From the IMG/VR virus record IMGVR_UViG_3300012041_000001: a DNA stretch of 64,000 nucleotides; one strand, 5' to 3'. The notes under the pieces are model-generated. The model did not search any database and was not told the DNA's origin. It was given only the letters and a program-made list of their open reading frames with translations. Below are positions 18,944-28,638 of the stretch, piece by piece. Within the stretch, counting starts at the first letter, position 1, and each line of letters starts with the position of its first letter. Position numbers and translations under genes: made by a program. This DNA is from an uncultured virus (IMG/VR IMGVR_UViG_3300012041_000001) (lineage: Duplodnaviria; Heunggongvirae; Uroviricota; Caudoviricetes).

Positions 18944-20146
18944 ATGAACTATTCCCAGGAATTATTAGAAAAGCTAAAAAAACTATTACCCCAGAAAGAG
19001 AGTAATGCTTTTTATGCAAAGAGGTTGGGAGTCACAGTAGATGATGTGACTGAAATGTTGAGAATAATACGAGGTAAGAAGTTAAAATTTAGTACAGTAA
19101 GCAGAAAAGTAAATAAGGAAAAGGGAATTATCGAAAGTATTATAATAAGTGATTTTGAACCAAAGAATGACCTACAATTAGCCAAACTACATAATATAGA
19201 TTTAGAAAGGTTTGTGATTACGAACTACTGGTCTAAGTTGTTACCTTCAGGTAAATTTACTTCTTCTGTATTCTGTAAGAGGAAATCACCTCTAGACTAT
19301 TCATACGAAGACTTTATGAAGTTTCTGGAGTCATATACTCCTAAAGACATCCCAACATTAAAAATAGACAAGAATCAGGTACTAGTCACTGTAGATGCAG
19401 AAATCTCAATTTACGATTTCCATCTTGGTAAGAGAACAACAAATGAAAGCGATACCATTAGAAGAAAGAAAGAACTATATTTTTCCTGTCTCCAGGACCT
19501 GGTAAGCAAGATAAGGGGAAGTTTTAATATAAGGAAGATAGTGTTTCCTATATCCAATGACTTTTTCCACACAGATAATTATCATGACCAAACAACGAAT
19601 GGTACACCTCAGGATGTATTAACTACATATGACAATGAGTATGAAGAAGGATTTGATTTATTAGTAACAGCTTTACACTATCTGGATACAGTAAGCGAAT
19701 CAGTTGAAGTTATATTAGTACAAGGTAATCATGACAGAACTAAATCTTTTTATTTGGCTCACGCTTTGGAAGTCGTATTTAAGAATAACAAGGATATTGT
19801 ATTCAAAAGAGATCACTCTGTTACTAAGTATACTGTCCTAGGAAACACATTTATAGGTTACCATCATGGTAATTGTAAATTAGAAGAGTTACCTTTAATA
19901 TTTGCTACAAGTGAGAATAGCAGTGAGGAATTTGGTAATGCTAAATATAGAGAAGTCCATACAGGAGATAAACATCACTATATGGCAAAAGAAGTAAAAG
20001 GGGTTAGAATCCAACAGATGCCCTCGCTTTCAGGAACTGATCGCTGGCATGAGGATAATAACTACATAAATAACATAAGAGCTGGGCTGGCTTTGGTATA
20101 TCACCCTATAACAGGGAAAACAGCTGAGTTTGAAACAAGAATATAA
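18944..20146 (+). CDS. calcineurin-like metallophosphoesterase with N-terminal HTH-like region
   Basis: Motifs DFHLG, NDFFH, GNHD, HHG, GDKHH; N-terminal YAKRLGVTVDDV. Confidence 0.85.
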   Translation: MNYSQELLEKLKKLLPQKESNAFYAKRLGVTVDDVTEMLRIIRGKKLKFSTVSRKVNKEKGIIESIIISDFEPKNDLQLAKLHNIDLERFVITNYWSKLLPSGKFTSSVFCKRKSPLDYSYEDFMKFLESYTPKDIPTLKIDKNQVLVTVDAEISIYDFHLGKRTTNESDTIRRKKELYFSCLQDLVSKIRGSFNIRKIVFPISNDFFHTDNYHDQTTNGTPQDVLTTYDNEYEEGFDLLVTALHYLDTVSESVEVILVQGNHDRTKSFYLAHALEVVFKNNKDIVFKRDHSVTKYTVLGNTFIGYHHGNCKLEELPLIFATSENSSEEFGNAKYREVHTGDKHHYMAKEVKGVRIQQMPSLSGTDRWHEDNNYINNIRAGLALVYHPITGKTAEFETRI

Positions 20147-20149
20147 GTT

Positions 20150-20875
20150 ATGGCAACAATGAGAAGCATGGTCAGTGATGTGAGAAGTACTCACAAACTT
20201 CTGTCCACAGATAGTATGATAACAGACAGAGCTATAGCTTCTGAGGTTAGGAACAATACTCTCATGTTAGTCAAGAGAGAAACTAATCTTAGAAAGTTAT
20301 GGGCTACTGATAGTATATTTACAACCATTCCATGTCTGGAAATGATAGAGGTACCTATTTCTGAATGCTGTAATTATGTAGATGATTGCACAATAGCAAG
20401 AACAAAACTTAAAATCCCAAAGATAGCAGAAGGTAATTACCAATATGTTATCCAAGGGGTTTATTCTATTAATGCTATGAGTGGTAAAGGCAAGAAGTTA
20501 AAAGAAATAACAGTAAATCGTTATGCAAACTTGCTTAAATTACCTGTTATCAAGAAAGAAGATTACTTCTGGATAAGTAATGATTATCTGTATGTAACTA
20601 ATCCAGATATACAGGCAGTAAGATTGGTAGCAATGTTTGAGGAATATGTACCAAATGATATACTTTATCCTGAATGCTGTTGTGGTAACAAGGTAAGTAA
20701 TGCTGAATATTGCATAAATCCTTTGGATAAAGAATATTCCTTACCAGGATATCTAAGAAGTCAGGTGTTGACTCTTACGAGTCAAAAACTATTAAGTACT
20801 TATTTTGTTCTTAAGACTGATATGGCAGACAATGGTATTGATGGACAGTCTCCTAATGCACCTAATATGACATAA
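20150..20875 (+). CDS. putative tail ring protein
   Basis: 241 aa; synteny ahead of the IHF-like, ring and muzzle genes. Confidence 0.6.
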   Translation: MATMRSMVSDVRSTHKLLSTDSMITDRAIASEVRNNTLMLVKRETNLRKLWATDSIFTTIPCLEMIEVPISECCNYVDDCTIARTKLKIPKIAEGNYQYVIQGVYSINAMSGKGKKLKEITVNRYANLLKLPVIKKEDYFWISNDYLYVTNPDIQAVRLVAMFEEYVPNDILYPECCCGNKVSNAEYCINPLDKEYSLPGYLRSQVLTLTSQKLLSTYFVLKTDMADNGIDGQSPNAPNMT

Positions 20876-20876
20876 T

Positions 20877-21353
20877 ATGAGAGTTAAGGTAGAGTGGCGC
20901 TCAGCAAGCAGAGAAAACTACAAATTGTTTTGTAAAAAACACCCAAACATAAAATTAACTTATGTTGAGTGGGAAAATATAATATACTCTTATAATGACA
21001 TGTTTAGAGAGTATATCCTGGAAACAGGCAATAAGGAAAAACTTCCTATAGGAATGGGAGAGTTTTCCATCATTAAAAAGAAAAGAAGAAAAATGAAGGG
21101 CAAAAATGGTGAAGAATTCATCAACCTGCCTGTAGATTGGAAGAAAACTAAAGAAAAAGGAAAAATTATATATAATTTTAATTATCATACAGAAGGCTAT
21201 TTCTTTGGCTGGCATTGGTTTAGAAATACAGCAAGATTTAAGCATTCTCATTTGTGGTTTTTTAGACCCATGCGAGTTACATCCAGGCTCATAAATCACT
21301 ATATAAAGATAGATCCTAAGTATCAACACATTTATCATGAATGGCAAACCTAA
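20877..21353 (+). CDS. IHF/HU-like basic DNA-binding protein
   Basis: Lys-rich; KLPIGMGEFSIIKKK resembles the HU/IHF GFGxF arm; conserved crAss position. Confidence 0.7.
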   Translation: MRVKVEWRSASRENYKLFCKKHPNIKLTYVEWENIIYSYNDMFREYILETGNKEKLPIGMGEFSIIKKKRRKMKGKNGEEFINLPVDWKKTKEKGKIIYNFNYHTEGYFFGWHWFRNTARFKHSHLWFFRPMRVTSRLINHYIKIDPKYQHIYHEWQT

Positions 21354-21359
21354 AAAACA

Positions 21360-22310
21360 ATGAGCTATTACTATCAATACAATTTCGTAAGTCCTGAACC
21401 TGTCTTTGCAATAGTGAAGGAGGAGTTGAAGAGTTACTTCGACACAGGTGCTATTGATGATTTGATGTTTCCTACTTATTTGGACAAATGTCTAAAGAAA
21501 CTAGGGCGCACAACATATACTATTGTTCCAGTTATACTGGACATGTGTGACTTTGAGGCAAGATTGCCTGATAACTTCTATGCTGTCAGAGAGGCATGGT
21601 TATGTACAGATGTACCTTTGCGTTCTCATCAGCAACCAAGTAGTTTTTATTCACAAGCTGCTTCATCTATAACCATTCAGGTTGGTCCAACAACAACAGA
21701 TCAGGCACAAACATGCCAGAATGCTGACTGCAACAATGTTGACTGTCATGGGCAATGTATGCCAGATTTGATTCAATGTGTATATAAAACCACTAATGAG
21801 GTAGTAAGAAACATACATAAACAATATTTACTTAAACCAGGAAACATATCAGCTAAACAACACTGTGATGTTGCCTGTAGGAATATTGGTTCTAACTCTG
21901 CAGATAGCTTTGATATCAGAGACAATAAGTTTATTACAAACTTTAGAAATGGAACTGTCTTCTTGCTTATGTATGCTACTGATTATGACGAGGTGGGTAA
22001 TCAGCTCATCCCTGATAACTATCGTATTAAAGAGTTTGTAGAAGCTTTCATTAAATATAAAGTCTTTGAAGTGCTTTCCAACCAGGTAACTGATGAAACA
22101 TTCAATCAGATTCAATCTAAAATGATGTATTATAAACAAATGTGTGATGAGGCCTTTATAATGGCAAGCATTGAGATTAAAAAACAAGATGCATTCGAGA
22201 AACAAAGAAGAATAGTTAAAGATAAAAACAGACTTAATATGTATGAATTGCCTAATCGTATCAGACGAGATGGTAGAAATTTCAGAGGACCATTTAGAAA
22301 TAATCAATAA
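21360..22310 (+). CDS. tail tubular/ring protein
   Basis: 316 aa directly before the muzzle gene; LIPDN motif; Cys-rich insertion CQNADCNNVDCHGQC. Confidence 0.65.
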   Translation: MSYYYQYNFVSPEPVFAIVKEELKSYFDTGAIDDLMFPTYLDKCLKKLGRTTYTIVPVILDMCDFEARLPDNFYAVREAWLCTDVPLRSHQQPSSFYSQAASSITIQVGPTTTDQAQTCQNADCNNVDCHGQCMPDLIQCVYKTTNEVVRNIHKQYLLKPGNISAKQHCDVACRNIGSNSADSFDIRDNKFITNFRNGTVFLLMYATDYDEVGNQLIPDNYRIKEFVEAFIKYKVFEVLSNQVTDETFNQIQSKMMYYKQMCDEAFIMASIEIKKQDAFEKQRRIVKDKNRLNMYELPNRIRRDGRNFRGPFRNNQ

Positions 22311-25300
22311 TGGCAGAAGATAAAGACAAAACTCCTAAGGGCGATATTAATTTTGAATCCAATGTAGCTAATGGAGGGATGAATATGGATTCCACTCCCA
22401 ATCAAGTAGAGAAGGGCAAGCTTACTTATGCCTTAAATGCTGCTTTAGAAAACTTTGATGCTAATAGCATTAACTATCAGAATGAACCAGGTACTGAGTT
22501 TTGTGTTAGCTTTCCTGATAATTATCAATTAATTGGAAGACACTTTATTCCTGAGCAAACTAAATATATATTCTTTCTCGCTAATCCCATTACTGGAGAT
22601 AGCGAGATTGGATATATGATTAACAATGATTGTATTTATCATACTTATGTAAATGCAAAATGTTTAAACTTCGATGTAAATTTTCCTATTCATAAGTCAG
22701 TTCATAAGACAGGAAACTGTGGAACAGAACTTTATTGGGCACAACCTAATGCAGATAGAAGATATATAAATCTAGATGCTACAGAAATACCTCGTCTTCC
22801 CTTTCCTGACAGTACTCCATGTGATCAGCACTTGACAGATTTAGTGGATTGTAATCAATTAAGAGTACAGCCCAGTTATTCAATTCCTTTATTAACTGTT
22901 AAGAATGTTCTTATTGGAGGAAATCTTATTGCTGGAGTATATCAATTTGCTTTTCAATACTCTGATGCTCTGGGCAGTCCTTTATCATCATATCAATCTG
23001 TTACCAATCCTACTCCTATAGCAGATCCACAATTTGCCACAGTTAATTTCAATTATCCTGTAGGCAAATCTATTGTTTTAAATATCAATAACATAGAGAC
23101 AGGAGGACAGTTTGAGTTTTTCAATATAGCTGTAATCAAAACTATTAATAATATAACTTCTGTAGAATTAATAGGAACTTATGGTATTGAAGGGGATTCC
23201 AGAGAAATTACCTATTCTGGACAAAACGTAAGCCAAATAAGACTTACTGTAAATGATATCTTTGAAAAGTTTCCTTTTTATGGTCCTGCAGATGATGTAA
23301 CAACTGTTCAGGATGTTTTAGTATGGAAAGGACTCTCTGCTCCACAAAGGATAAGTTATCAGAAGATAGCTTCTCAGATAACCTTGTTATGGGAAACATG
23401 GAGAATTCCTCCAACAGAAAATTATTCAGATGAATGGAATGCCACTCACCTGCGTGGTTATCTACGTGATGAGATTTATCCTTTTGAACTTGTCTTTCTA
23501 TTAAGAAGTGGTAAACAAACTGATGGGTTTCATATACCAGGAAGAGCACTAACATCAGGAGAGAATAGTCTTCCAATGATAGATCCTTCTAATGATGATT
23601 ATATAGAAGATCCTGAACTTGGGCCTCTTCCATACTGGAGAATATATAATACAGCTACCAACCTTGGAAATGTGCCAGGATATACAGGTTTAGGAGATGT
23701 TAATTATAAAGGGCCTTATCAATATGGTACTTTTGCTTATTGGGAATCTGATGCTACTTATCCCTGTGATGAAGAAATGTGGGGAGATCTGGCATCTCAA
23801 CCTATAAGACACCATAAATTTCCTGACGTAGAAATATCTCCTATTATTGAAAGTAAAATTTTTGATGGTAATAAGGATAATCTAGAAATGGGTAATGTTG
23901 CTGTATTTCCTATTGGTGTGAGAGTTGATCCAGCACAAATAAGAAGTTTGATAAATACATCAGATTTAACTCCTGAACAGAAACTTGATATTGTTGGGTT
24001 TAAAATTGTAAGAGGAGATCGTACTGATAATAAATCTATTGTTGCCAAAGGGATGCTTCGTAATGTAGGTAAGTATTCTAGAGAAGATGAAGATTATTAC
24101 TATGCCAATTATCCTTATAATGATTTGGGTGAAGATCCTTTTCTAAATGCTGCCAATAATGCATGGACTCAATTATGTGAACCATATAATATTAATGTTG
24201 TAAAATTTAATGGCCCACCTGAAGCTGCTGTCAAAACAGAGTTAATAATAGAATATACTGACTGTAATACTAATAAAACAACTATAATACCATATAGAAT
24301 TTTAGGACCACAACCTATACTCTGTTCTACTTCTAAACCAATATTAAGAGGAGCAGGAACAGTTAATAAAATGAATCAATCAAATAATGGGCCTAGTCCT
24401 GGACCAGACACTAATGTAGTTATTTCTCTTGCCAATTATGATATTTGGGTAATAGAGTTTGAAGGAGGTACTAATTTTACTGCAGGAGAACGTGCTAGTT
24501 GGAATGATTTATATGATGGTCCTATAACTGATTATTTTATAGATGGATTTTTAGGCAATCCTGATGATCAGAAAGTTATAGTACATGTGATTAAAGAGAC
24601 TGTACCTGTTGAACAAGGTTGTGATCCTAATTCTGAAGAGTTTGAAGAAGGTAATTGTGATCTTGAAATAGGAAAAATAGAAGAAGTCAGAAACACAAAA
24701 TGTAAAGATGAGGTCCCTTTACCAACAATATTGGAACAACCTGATCTTCGTTACAGACAAATATTTAATTCACCAGAAACTTCTTTTGGACAACCTTTCT
24801 TAGGAGATGTTCTGAAATTAGAAAGTGTTATGTTTGGTATGGGACTGGCTCATTTTGTGGAAGTAAAAGATAATGCCAAATATAGACTGTTAACTGAAGA
24901 AGCACAAAGAGATGCTCTTTCCAGTTCTCAAGATATAGCAGATGATGAACCTAATGCATTATTTGCTGCTTATCAGGCTTATCTTCAAATTTATATTAAT
25001 GGTATTACAAGAAAGAACTATGCTTATTCTTTTAATTCAATAGCAGATTATAATTATACAGTACCTGTTCCTAATGGTGTAGAGAAAAAACAAAGAAGAC
25101 TTGATTTAAAAAGATATTTGATTCCTGCTATTCAGAATATTGGAGAAGAAGATATTGATATTAATAATTATCAAAGAGAAACTTCTGTATATTTAAAAAC
25201 AACTGGTAGTGATGATGGTGATCCTACTCCTCTTCCTTATCCACACGAAAGTCCTAATATGGGAGGAGCTACTCCTATTCTTATAGAGGATTCAAGATTT

Positions 25301-27769
25301 ACTATAAGTGAAAAGGATAATTGTGCTACTCCTGCAGAGAAAGAACAAATTGAGGTTGTGTCATATTATGCTTCACTTAAAAATACTTTTAGAAACCAAT
25401 GGGGGCAAATCTATACTTATCAGACTATTGATACTGGATTCCAATATGATTTTGATTTAGTTACCACTCCTCCACAACCTACAACAGTTTTTGGTGGAGA
25501 TACTTTTATTACCAGATTTGCTTTTAAAATTAAACTGCCTTTCTTTATAGATAATAGAGTAGGAGCTCCTGATGACAGTGATATATTCTATGATGAGTTA
25601 GGTAATATAGCTTATCCTAAGTATTGGCACTCAGCAAGATCTATTTTAGAAAATGCTTCCAGTCCTGCCACAGGAGATTTAATGAATTTTATATCTTATA
25701 AGGCACATAACTTTGATTGTCCTAATAGTCAGGAACCACCTCCTCCAGCAAATAATCCTAATAGAACATTCTATGATGGGTATTTCTATTTGTTTGCATA
25801 TGGTATTCCAAACTTTTATGTTGAGACTTCCTATAATGTAGACTTAAGACAAGCTTTCAATAACATGGAAGGGGACTTCTGGCCACATGTCAGCAATAGT
25901 ATTCCAGATGATTGGCTACAGGAAAGTTTTGTAACAATAGCTCAGGATAATACATACTATTATAATGTAAGCTTTTCTAAACAGAACAAAGAAACTTTCT
26001 TTAGTCACTTACCAGCAAACTGGCAGTTTGAAGACTGTGAATTTATATATCCATTCAGAGTAATTTATTCAGATCCTCAGATAGCCACAACAGATACAAC
26101 AGTTAATAACTGGTTGACTTATAGAGCTTCCAATTACTTTGACTTTCCTCAACACTATGGCAAGCTTACTTCCATAGATGGTATAGAAAAAGGACAATTG
26201 TTAGCAAGATTTGAAAACAAATCATTGTTATATAATGCATTATATACAACGCAAACTAATACTAATGGACAGGTTTATTTAGGACAGCCTTTGTTTACAA
26301 GACAACCTCCTCCATTTGATTATGCAGAAACTGATTTAGGTTATATAGGTAGCCAACATAAATTCATCCTTAAGATACCTCAAGGACAGATAACTATTGA
26401 TGCTAAAAGAGGTCAGGTATTTTTAATACGTGGGCATGAATTAAAAGATTTGTCTCTTCCTGGTAGTGGTATGAACAGATTCTTTACAGACCACCTATCT
26501 TTTGAGATAGCTAAATACTTTCCAGATGTAAATATTGATAATCATTTTAATGGATTAGGATTACATGGAGTGTATGACAGTAAATTCGACAGAGTAATAA
26601 TTACCAAACTTGATTATCTTCCTCTTGATGAAAGAATAAAATTTGATCCTGATTCAAAGGAATTTTATATTGAAGAAGTAATACCTCAAAATACTGTTTC
26701 TGTAACACCATTACCTACAATAGTACCTGAAACAACAACTACTTCTACAACAAAATCAATTACGATAAGAACAAGGGTGATGTTATCAGACCCAGATTAC
26801 TTCTGTAATAAATCATGGACGCTGTCTTATAATTTTATTACTGAGAGTTGGATATCTTTTCATAGTTATTTACCTAATTGGTACCTGGGTGAAAATAATT
26901 TCTTCTATTCAGGAACAAAAGCTTGCTGTGCTAATGGATTTGACTTTACTTTCTTAGTAGGAGAATTAGTTCCAGATCCTTCAACAACAACATCAACATC
27001 ATCGTCAACAACAAGTACTTCTTCAACTACTACCACTACCACAACTTTAAGTTGTACACTAGATGGAGGTATAGAAATAATTAATTGTGAACTTGCTGGG
27101 ACTGGTGTGATTACAGTAATACCTGCTCCTCCACCATGTGCAAGACCTATTAATCTACCTTCTTATAGTCTTAATAGAGGATATGAAGTTCTAGTTCCTC
27201 CTTCTGCAGAAGTAATTTCTTCAGGAAGTTTTATAGAAGCTTGTGATGCTAAAGCATTTGTTTTTGCCAGTATTCCTAATATAGTAGTAATAAGTAATAC
27301 AATAGAAACAGCTAGTTTAACTGTTGGTTCTATAGTATATTTAGGAGCTAATTTAACTTCCTGTGATACTATTCCTGATGGTTATTATTTTACGAATAAT
27401 TCTGCACAAGGTATTTATCAAGTACTTAATGGAAAAATTGAATCTATTACTCCTTGTAGTGGAACTACTACTACAACTACTACATGTGTCTTGTATTTAT
27501 ATGATGTTGAATTCTATCTTTGTGGATCTTGTACTGTTACAGGACCAGGTACTATTGGTAACTCTCAGGTACTTGTTGAAGATAAGTATTACTTTGATTC
27601 TGAAGTAACAGGATTTAAATTTAAAGTATTATGTCCTAAAGGATGTGGCACTGGTACAGACAGAAATGTTCCATCCAGTTCTGCACAAGATAATTGTCCT
27701 GCTGTAATGTGTACAACAACAACAAGTTCAACAACAGTTGCACTAACAACAACAACATCAACAACGTAA
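22310..27769 (+). CDS. tail stabilisation (muzzle) protein, main part, with a C-terminal poly-Thr/Cys-module extension
   Basis: 1819 aa; GGMNMD..LNA N-terminus, GVYDSKFDRVIIT and WTLSY..WISFHSYLP motifs typical of crAss Tstab/muzzle proteins. Confidence 0.8.
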   Translation: MAEDKDKTPKGDINFESNVANGGMNMDSTPNQVEKGKLTYALNAALENFDANSINYQNEPGTEFCVSFPDNYQLIGRHFIPEQTKYIFFLANPITGDSEIGYMINNDCIYHTYVNAKCLNFDVNFPIHKSVHKTGNCGTELYWAQPNADRRYINLDATEIPRLPFPDSTPCDQHLTDLVDCNQLRVQPSYSIPLLTVKNVLIGGNLIAGVYQFAFQYSDALGSPLSSYQSVTNPTPIADPQFATVNFNYPVGKSIVLNINNIETGGQFEFFNIAVIKTINNITSVELIGTYGIEGDSREITYSGQNVSQIRLTVNDIFEKFPFYGPADDVTTVQDVLVWKGLSAPQRISYQKIASQITLLWETWRIPPTENYSDEWNATHLRGYLRDEIYPFELVFLLRSGKQTDGFHIPGRALTSGENSLPMIDPSNDDYIEDPELGPLPYWRIYNTATNLGNVPGYTGLGDVNYKGPYQYGTFAYWESDATYPCDEEMWGDLASQPIRHHKFPDVEISPIIESKIFDGNKDNLEMGNVAVFPIGVRVDPAQIRSLINTSDLTPEQKLDIVGFKIVRGDRTDNKSIVAKGMLRNVGKYSREDEDYYYANYPYNDLGEDPFLNAANNAWTQLCEPYNINVVKFNGPPEAAVKTELIIEYTDCNTNKTTIIPYRILGPQPILCSTSKPILRGAGTVNKMNQSNNGPSPGPDTNVVISLANYDIWVIEFEGGTNFTAGERASWNDLYDGPITDYFIDGFLGNPDDQKVIVHVIKETVPVEQGCDPNSEEFEEGNCDLEIGKIEEVRNTKCKDEVPLPTILEQPDLRYRQIFNSPETSFGQPFLGDVLKLESVMFGMGLAHFVEVKDNAKYRLLTEEAQRDALSSSQDIADDEPNALFAAYQAYLQIYINGITRKNYAYSFNSIADYNYTVPVPNGVEKKQRRLDLKRYLIPAIQNIGEEDIDINNYQRETSVYLKTTGSDDGDPTPLPYPHESPNMGGATPILIEDSRFTISEKDNCATPAEKEQIEVVSYYASLKNTFRNQWGQIYTYQTIDTGFQYDFDLVTTPPQPTTVFGGDTFITRFAFKIKLPFFIDNRVGAPDDSDIFYDELGNIAYPKYWHSARSILENASSPATGDLMNFISYKAHNFDCPNSQEPPPPANNPNRTFYDGYFYLFAYGIPNFYVETSYNVDLRQAFNNMEGDFWPHVSNSIPDDWLQESFVTIAQDNTYYYNVSFSKQNKETFFSHLPANWQFEDCEFIYPFRVIYSDPQIATTDTTVNNWLTYRASNYFDFPQHYGKLTSIDGIEKGQLLARFENKSLLYNALYTTQTNTNGQVYLGQPLFTRQPPPFDYAETDLGYIGSQHKFILKIPQGQITIDAKRGQVFLIRGHELKDLSLPGSGMNRFFTDHLSFEIAKYFPDVNIDNHFNGLGLHGVYDSKFDRVIITKLDYLPLDERIKFDPDSKEFYIEEVIPQNTVSVTPLPTIVPETTTTSTTKSITIRTRVMLSDPDYFCNKSWTLSYNFITESWISFHSYLPNWYLGENNFFYSGTKACCANGFDFTFLVGELVPDPSTTTSTSSSTTSTSSTTTTTTTLSCTLDGGIEIINCELAGTGVITVIPAPPPCARPINLPSYSLNRGYEVLVPPSAEVISSGSFIEACDAKAFVFASIPNIVVISNTIETASLTVGSIVYLGANLTSCDTIPDGYYFTNNSAQGIYQVLNGKIESITPCSGTTTTTTTCVLYLYDVEFYLCGSCTVTGPGTIGNSQVLVEDKYYFDSEVTGFKFKVLCPKGCGTGTDRNVPSSSAQDNCPAVMCTTTTSSTTVALTTTTSTT

Positions 27770-27771
27770 TC

Positions 27772-28638
27772 ATGTCAAAAACAATAATCATAAAGTTAAC
27801 TAAAGGGGGGGAGGGGGTAGGTCCTTTCACTGTCTATGATAATTTTGGTACTATTATAGATGAGGGTGTTCCTTTTAAAGTTCTGGTGTCTGGAAAAGCT
27901 TATGTTATAGAAGATGCTGTAACTGTGATTACATTGGAGTCTACAGGTAAATGTAACTTTAAAGTAAGTAAATCTTTAGCTCCTGTTACACAAAGTGAAT
28001 TTAGGTCAGCAACTTATGAACTATCATATAAATCCTGTCTATGGAGACACCTTACAGATGTGGTACATTATAATTTCTACTATGGCAATATAGAACCATA
28101 CATTATTGAGTATCCTTTTGCATACCAATATTATGATGAAATACTGCAAAACGTGCAAGACCATACAAAAGTATATGAATATAGCACAGATAATACTGGT
28201 ATGTTTAATGATATGCTTAAGGTTCAGCCTAATGACAAATGGTTTAATAAAGCAATACTCTATAATGACCAGCAGTCTTCTGGATTACTTGTTCTTGAAT
28301 CAAAACCTCTTCACAATCTGAAGGCCTATAATGCTTATCCAAAATACTCCTCAGACAGCAAGACTATAATATTTACGAAGTCAGATAACTTCTATCAATA
28401 CAATACATTCTGGAATGTAGCTATAGACCCTCTCACGCACCTTTTCAAGGCCTCCTGTGAATCAATGTCCATAGATAAGGTGATTAACCAGTCTAACATG
28501 GATTATTCAACCAGGAGCTTTAAAAAGGCTCCCCTGCGTGCGAAGGATTTAAAGATCAGACATATACTAGATAACTCAAGTACAACTCACCTGGTGTCAC
28601 AATTCATAATTGCACCAGCTCAAAACTCTTACAAATAA
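27772..28638 (+). CDS. probable separately encoded C-terminal part of the muzzle protein, with an N-terminal GPF domain
   Basis: Start moved to ATG 27772 (MSKTIIIKLTKGGEGVGPF) because the upstream extension is an off-frame Thr tract; LWRH..NFYYG, FNKAILYNDQQSSG and PLRAK motifs. Confidence 0.6.
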   Translation: MSKTIIIKLTKGGEGVGPFTVYDNFGTIIDEGVPFKVLVSGKAYVIEDAVTVITLESTGKCNFKVSKSLAPVTQSEFRSATYELSYKSCLWRHLTDVVHYNFYYGNIEPYIIEYPFAYQYYDEILQNVQDHTKVYEYSTDNTGMFNDMLKVQPNDKWFNKAILYNDQQSSGLLVLESKPLHNLKAYNAYPKYSSDSKTIIFTKSDNFYQYNTFWNVAIDPLTHLFKASCESMSIDKVINQSNMDYSTRSFKKAPLRAKDLKIRHILDNSSTTHLVSQFIIAPAQNSYK

